Shown: one piece after another, positions 56,452 to 61,952 of the stretch
How positions within the stretch are numbered: the first letter of the stretch is position 1
How the letters are laid out: every line of letters starts with the position of its first letter
The notes under the pieces: model-generated
Seen by the model: only the letters and a program-made list of their open reading frames with translations
What the model was told of the DNA's origin: nothing
Database searches by the model: none
Translations under genes and position numbers: made by a program
From: a virus
Taxonomy: Duplodnaviria > Caudoviricetes
IMG/VR virus record: IMGVR_UViG_3300021960_000001
Location: 1-61,952 of that record
Direction: 5' to 3' (one strand)
Length of the DNA: 61,952 nt

Positions 56452-58115
56452 TGGCAAACGGTAATAGAGGTATAGGAGGCTTTATGCCTTTTCCAACTTT
56501 CGGTGGACCTAAAGACGCAGGGGGAATTACACCTGTTAAATTAGCCCCGACTCAAATGAGGTTTCCAACGGCTCGTGGACCTGTCAGACGTACACCTGAA
56601 CCAGATACTATAGAGAAAATAGCCCCCTTTCTTCCTTTAGTTACTGAAGGAGTTATGAGTTTATTTAAAGACACACCTAAACCTCAATCAAGAGACGATT
56701 ATCTTAAAAGTATCGCTGTTGATGCAACAGACCCCACTAAGTTAGAAGAAGCAAGAGCCGACGCTTACACATTGTTCGGGGAACCTGAGCAAAGAGACGG
56801 TTTTGGTCTTGATGAACTTGTTAATTTAGCTGTTGGTAGCCAAACAGGGAGAGGAGCGAAAGATTTTGCTAATACGTATTTTCAAATTAGAAAAGGTAAA
56901 GAAGCCGCTAGAGTATCTAAAGAAGGACAAAGAGCAAGTTTCATACAAAAACAAATAGACCCTGACGCTTTTCAATTTTTAAATTTACAAGATACTACTA
57001 AGGCTAAAACAGGAGTAGTTGATATACGTCCAGGATATTTCGATAAAGAAACAGGGCAAACCTATATAAAAGACCCTAAAAATAAAGAAGCTAATGAGTA
57101 TGGATTTATTGTTGCTGGTGAAAACTGGATAGACCCTGCTAAATTAGCTACTAGTGGTTCAACAGGAGTCGATATTTATAAAGACCCTCAGTATACCGAA
57201 CTTATGAAAACTAATGCAGAACTAACTGCAAGAGACCAAGCAGTTATGGGTACGTTAAACGTTGCTAATAAAACAATAGAGATGTTAGACGAAGGTATTA
57301 AAGACCCTAGTAAAGCACCAACGACTGTTGTTTCTTCTTTGATGAATATGGGTAATAGTGCTATAGCTAACTTTGACCAAATAGCTTCATTAAATGGTAA
57401 TCGTGACCCTTTATCATATTTTAGTGCTGATGAAACAGGCGGTACTTTAAGAGGTTCTGGTAATAACGCTAGAGAATTATACATAGCTCTTAAATCAGGT
57501 GACGAAGAACAAATAGAATTAGCAACAGCTAACTTTGAAAACGCAACAGGGTCCAATTTAAGACAACTTATGGGTGAAGCTGCTTATAGTAATGTAGCAA
57601 CTAGAGCAAACTTTTTACAATTAGCTTATATGGCAGCAGCCGCAAACGGTCAAACAGGTAGAACACTTTCTGATAAAGATTTAGCTTACCATTTACAAAT
57701 AGTGGGTTTTGGCTCAACGCAAGACCCTAAAATATTAAAAGATAATTTAATACGTTTTGTTGACCAACTAGTTGGTGGTGTTGATTCTGAAGTTCAAGTA
57801 GCCATTCCTACAGGCGGTCTACAACGTTACAATATGAATGACGAAACATTCCAGTCTATTGTTACTATGTATTATAATCCACTAATAGGTAAAGACCCTG
57901 AAGGAAAAGACACGCCTCAATGGTTAAACTACGGTGCTTATACTTACAAGCCTTTTTACGAAAGATATAAAGGCGTAGGAGCAGTAGACCAGTGGCAAAA
58001 ACATGATGCAACGTTTTACGATAGAAAAACAAAAAGTTCAGCTAACTCAACGTCGCCTGTAAACCCGTCTATAGATTTAGATAAAACATTAAAAGAAATA
58101 GAAAACCTATATTAA
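56451..58115 (+). CDS. Putative internal virion (ejection) protein
   Basis: Large helical protein in a translationally coupled late cluster. Confidence 0.6.
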   Translation: MANGNRGIGGFMPFPTFGGPKDAGGITPVKLAPTQMRFPTARGPVRRTPEPDTIEKIAPFLPLVTEGVMSLFKDTPKPQSRDDYLKSIAVDATDPTKLEEARADAYTLFGEPEQRDGFGLDELVNLAVGSQTGRGAKDFANTYFQIRKGKEAARVSKEGQRASFIQKQIDPDAFQFLNLQDTTKAKTGVVDIRPGYFDKETGQTYIKDPKNKEANEYGFIVAGENWIDPAKLATSGSTGVDIYKDPQYTELMKTNAELTARDQAVMGTLNVANKTIEMLDEGIKDPSKAPTTVVSSLMNMGNSAIANFDQIASLNGNRDPLSYFSADETGGTLRGSGNNARELYIALKSGDEEQIELATANFENATGSNLRQLMGEAAYSNVATRANFLQLAYMAAAANGQTGRTLSDKDLAYHLQIVGFGSTQDPKILKDNLIRFVDQLVGGVDSEVQVAIPTGGLQRYNMNDETFQSIVTMYYNPLIGKDPEGKDTPQWLNYGAYTYKPFYERYKGVGAVDQWQKHDATFYDRKTKSSANSTSPVNPSIDLDKTLKEIENLY

Positions 58116-61100
58116 TGGCTATTACGCAACAACAATTTGATGAATTTAAAAAGATGCAAGAAACATATGCTCTTGATTTATCAAAACAGCCTTTGAAAGA
58201 TAATCCCAACATTACCTACGGTCAGTTGTTATCCCCTAAAGAACTAGAACTAGCAGCAATTATGTATAGTCCTGAACTTAAATCGAAAGCTACGGGTATT
58301 TATTCATCAGAAGACATGAGCAAGATAGAAAACTCTATCGACTGGCAAAATAGAGTTGCTCCGTATAATAGAGCACCTATCGAATATGATATGTACGAAC
58401 GTCATCCTGAGTATATGAAACAACTAGATGAGTTTAACAGTCCCGAAGGTCAAGAAAGAAGAAACATGATAAAAGTTCGTGGTAATTTTCCTGATACTTA
58501 TGAACCGTTAGAGCCTATTGCTCCACTAGGAATAGAAAAAGCAAAAAAGATAGCGGCTCTTGGTTTTGACCCTGCGAATGAATTACAGTTTCAAACATTT
58601 AAAGACGGTGTTGGTTTTAGAAGCAAGTTAGCTTTTGCACCTAGAAAAACAACAGTAGAGGATTTTAAAAAACTAGGCGACCAATATGGTTTAGTCGGCG
58701 ATTATAGATATATAAACCCTAGCGACCCTTCATTAGGTTTAGCTTTTAAACCCGAAGGTTCCGATGATTTTCAATTATTAAATACACCATACGTCACTGC
58801 AGAAGATACCTATAACTTTTTAGTACAAGAGTTTCCTGCAATAGCGGGAGATATAGCCTTAACAGTATATGGTTCTAAAAAGTTTACTAGTCCTTTTGGT
58901 TTAAGTGACAAAGTAGGCGGTAAAGTTGGTAAAGTTTTAGGTTTATCTGGTTTATCAGCAGCAGGTGCAGCAGGTGGAGACTTTTTACGTTTAACTGCTG
59001 GATTAGCAATGGACGCTCACGATAGAGATTTCGATGAAATATTAAAAGAGTCTGGAATGATTGGTGCTTTTGCTTTTGGAGGTACTGCTCTTATAAGTGG
59101 AGCAGCACAAACGATACCTAAAGTTTGGAAAATGATTACAGGTAAAGACGTACCTCCTAGTTTTTATGAAAAGATAGATGACGCTATGCAAGAAGCTAGA
59201 GCACAAGAACGAGGAGACGGAGCATTAGCTTCTGGAATACTTTACGGTGACGCAACATCAGTAAAAGTAATTAACGAACAAATAAACGATTTAGCAAAAC
59301 GTTTTGATGTAGAACTTAAAAATTATAATCCTACAATCGCTTCAGCTGCTGGTACACAAGGTGCTGCTGATTTAGAAACATTATTCTTAAAATATGCTGA
59401 TGACCCTGACCTTAGAGAACTATATCAACAAGTAAAAATAGGCAACCAAGAAGTTATTGACCGTTTTATACAAACACTGAACGAAAAAATTGGACCTTCA
59501 ACAACAGGTGGGGCAACAGGGGCAACGGTAGGTGCTGGTATAAGAGAACTAGCTCAAAAAGATATAGATGCTTTCAACGACCAAGCCTACGATATGATTG
59601 ACCAAGTGAGACTACAAGTGGGTGGTGCTGATGATGCTGCTGTTGCAGGACAGTCTTTACTAAAACAAGTTGACGACCCTAATGCTTCTACAGGTCCTTT
59701 ATTCGAAAGACAACAAACTAGATTATTGGAAATTAAAAAAGACTATATAAATCCATATAATCAAGCATGGAATGCTGCTTTAGAAAATCCTCGTTATGCT
59801 AACTTAACTACAGGTGCGGGCTTTACAAGAAAACCTGCTAATGAATGGATGAATTTACGAAAAGGTGAAGCTAATAAGCTGTTTCGTTCAGCTGAATCTG
59901 ATGAGTCTGTAAAATTATTATATGAACAAATACCTGCTGGAACTAAAAACACTCTTAATAGATTAAGAGGTATTGGTCAAAAAGGTAAATTTGAATCTCC
60001 TAATTTTACGTTAAGAGAACTTAATGACGCCAGAGTATCGTTAAACGAATTCGCTAGTACGACTAACAATGTAAAAGCTTCGCAACAAGCTAGACAATTA
60101 GAACGTGGTCTAGAAGAACAAATGAATCAGTTGCTACGAGAAGGTGCTTCAGCCGAAGCAGGTATTCCTCTTACACGAAAAGTTGAATTAGAAAACTGGA
60201 TGACGCAAAATAACTACGGAGATGATTTAAGATTAGCTTGGTCACAGCAAAAAGAAGCGATACAACTGGCTAATTCACAAGCAGTCCGTTCTATATTAGA
60301 ACAAAGACCTGAAAAAGTAGCAGATTATTTATTTAACACTGTAGCTAAAGGTAGTAAACAAAATACTGTTGTTACTGATTTAATGACTTTATTAAAAAGA
60401 GACGGCTCTGATGAAGTTAGACAAATACAGGACGGCATGGCTGAGTATATACAAAGAGAAATACTATCTAACCCAGATAGAACACCTTTTCAAATAGCTA
60501 AAGACTACAGAAAATTTGTTAAAGATAATGAAGGAACACTACAGTCTGTATTCGGAGATGACTTTAGTGCTAGGTTTATGACTAATCCTAAACAATTTAA
60601 TAAAGCGGTTATAGAGCCTTTACAAAAACTAGAACAAAACATATTACAAATAGAGGCTCGTGTTGGTTTATCTTCAGCAGACCCTGATAGAAGGGTAGCT
60701 AATATTGTTGAGTCTATTTTAGCTACGGGTAAAACACAAAGACAGTCTGGAATACTATTAGATGATATTCAATACATAAATAATATTGTAAAACAAAACC
60801 CTTTATTACAAGACCAAGTTTCACAAGTAACAAAAAGATATTTGATGCAAGAAATGATGGAGCCCAGACCAGGAGGAGGTTTTGTCATAAGCCCTCAAAA
60901 ACTGAATGATTTATTATATAAAGGTTTTGGTCCAGAAGATGTTACAGGTCCAACACTTACTTTTGATAACTTTATACAGCCATTATTAGGTAAAGAAGGC
61001 AAAGATTACGTAGCTAATTTAAAAGTTATAAATGAAATGGTACAAAGAGAAATGGGAACTGTGCCTAGTGAGGGTGTTGTAAGAGATTTAACTAGAGGTG

Positions 61101-61471
61101 AATACGGAGCAGGTGCTAACATCGAAGGTATTAGAATGTTACAAAGATTACTTATTGCTCCATTGACACAAACAGGTAGAAGAATAACAGCTCTTTCTAA
61201 TAGCCAAGCGAACAGGTCGCGTAAATTTATTGGGCGTATGTTGTTAGACCCAGAATTATTTGAAAGAACAGCAAGTTTTGCTAGAGGACAACAATCAACA
61301 CAAAATTTTATAAGGTTTTTAAGCAGTTATGGTTTTGTGTATGGTGAAGATTTAGGTAACGAAATGAAATATTATGATACAGTAGATAAAGCACAAAAAA
61401 CTCCTGAAAATATAAATTTTATAAATGAAGCACAGGAACGAGCTACAGTCATTACAGGAGGAACTAACTAA
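58115..61471 (+). CDS. Large putative internal virion (ejection) protein
   Basis: 1118 aa with a Gly/Ala-rich hydrophobic segment; position matches podovirus ejection proteins. Confidence 0.6.
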   Translation: MAITQQQFDEFKKMQETYALDLSKQPLKDNPNITYGQLLSPKELELAAIMYSPELKSKATGIYSSEDMSKIENSIDWQNRVAPYNRAPIEYDMYERHPEYMKQLDEFNSPEGQERRNMIKVRGNFPDTYEPLEPIAPLGIEKAKKIAALGFDPANELQFQTFKDGVGFRSKLAFAPRKTTVEDFKKLGDQYGLVGDYRYINPSDPSLGLAFKPEGSDDFQLLNTPYVTAEDTYNFLVQEFPAIAGDIALTVYGSKKFTSPFGLSDKVGGKVGKVLGLSGLSAAGAAGGDFLRLTAGLAMDAHDRDFDEILKESGMIGAFAFGGTALISGAAQTIPKVWKMITGKDVPPSFYEKIDDAMQEARAQERGDGALASGILYGDATSVKVINEQINDLAKRFDVELKNYNPTIASAAGTQGAADLETLFLKYADDPDLRELYQQVKIGNQEVIDRFIQTLNEKIGPSTTGGATGATVGAGIRELAQKDIDAFNDQAYDMIDQVRLQVGGADDAAVAGQSLLKQVDDPNASTGPLFERQQTRLLEIKKDYINPYNQAWNAALENPRYANLTTGAGFTRKPANEWMNLRKGEANKLFRSAESDESVKLLYEQIPAGTKNTLNRLRGIGQKGKFESPNFTLRELNDARVSLNEFASTTNNVKASQQARQLERGLEEQMNQLLREGASAEAGIPLTRKVELENWMTQNNYGDDLRLAWSQQKEAIQLANSQAVRSILEQRPEKVADYLFNTVAKGSKQNTVVTDLMTLLKRDGSDEVRQIQDGMAEYIQREILSNPDRTPFQIAKDYRKFVKDNEGTLQSVFGDDFSARFMTNPKQFNKAVIEPLQKLEQNILQIEARVGLSSADPDRRVANIVESILATGKTQRQSGILLDDIQYINNIVKQNPLLQDQVSQVTKRYLMQEMMEPRPGGGFVISPQKLNDLLYKGFGPEDVTGPTLTFDNFIQPLLGKEGKDYVANLKVINEMVQREMGTVPSEGVVRDLTRGEYGAGANIEGIRMLQRLLIAPLTQTGRRITALSNSQANRSRKFIGRMLLDPELFERTASFARGQQSTQNFIRFLSSYGFVYGEDLGNEMKYYDTVDKAQKTPENINFINEAQERATVITGGTN

Positions 61472-61952
61472 TGGCTACAAGAATGACAGGCAGAGAATCA
61501 TTGATGAGACAAGGTTTAATAAATGACCCTTTTACACAAGCACTAGAATCTATTAATTTAAGAAAAGACGCAAACGATTCTATAAACAATGCCAGTGACC
61601 AATACGAAGCTGATGTTGCAGATTTTAAAAACACCCAAGCTAATGAATTTGAACAAGGGTTAGCGGGACTGTTGGATAGAGTAGGTGCTTTAGAAAATAC
61701 ACCAACACCTAGTTTTAATATGCCAGACTTATCTGGATTCGCTACTCTCGAAGACTTAAACCAAGGTATCGGAGGTATTAATATTCCTGGTGCACCCGAC
61801 CTTAGTGGCTACGCTAGGCTAGAGGACATTCCCTCAATAGATACGAGTCAGTTCTTAACTGCTGGAGATATTCCTTCAATAGATACGAGTCAGTTCTTAA
61901 CTGCTGGAGATATTCCTTCAATAGATACGAGTCAGTTCTTAACTGCTGGAGA
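61471..61952 (+). CDS. 5' part of the junction-spanning protein (continues at 1..1175)
   Basis: AGGAGG RBS; TAATG coupling; MATRMTGRES... is open to the window end. Confidence 0.85.
   Translation, partial: MATRMTGRESLMRQGLINDPFTQALESINLRKDANDSINNASDQYEADVADFKNTQANEFEQGLAGLLDRVGALENTPTPSFNMPDLSGFATLEDLNQGIGGINIPGAPDLSGYARLEDIPSIDTSQFLTAGDIPSIDTSQFLTAGDIPSIDTSQFLTAG
61826..61952. repeat. 127-bp terminal overlap, right copy
   Basis: Identical to 1-127. Confidence 0.95.

Noticed and set aside
61826-61952. 127-bp end repeat as a biological terminal repeat
   Set aside because: Its length equals a common assembly k-mer and it falls in the middle of a gene
1-61952. tRNA genes, integrase/att sites, introns, inteins, stop-codon reassignment
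   Set aside because: None were recognised; core genes are uninterrupted and gene density is high under the standard code

Overview
The window is an apparently complete, circularly assembled genome of a low-GC tailed dsDNA phage. Bases 1-127 are repeated at 61826-61952, so the unique length is about 61,825 bp. The gene content looks like uncultured marine proteobacterial phages; the host cannot be determined from the sequence. Layout: (i) 1.9-16.4 kb replication and nucleotide-modification module (SNF2 and UvrD helicases, AEP primase, AlkB-like oxygenase, pyrimidine-dimer glycosylase, a 5-hydroxymethyl-dU hypermodification cluster, family A polymerase, resolvase); (ii) 16.5-22.9 kb small early genes with repeated promoters and RBS; (iii) TerS, a probable physical terminus region, spanins, an ART-like protein, TerL, portal, GroES, scaffold, capsid, neck and tail-fibre genes, endolysin; (iv) a five-gene csgF-csgG-curlin-like-FecR-CHASE2 adenylate cyclase operon; (v) large internal/ejection-type proteins. 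I saw no tape measure, RNA polymerase, integrase, tRNA or CRISPR. Best novelty candidates: the phage-encoded trans-envelope cAMP signalling operon, a thymidine hypermodification pathway with a methyltransferase in place of the usual amino-acid transferase, two inverted homologous intergenic elements bracketing the early module, and several structured non-coding RNA candidates. All protein family calls come from motif recognition by eye, not from database searches.
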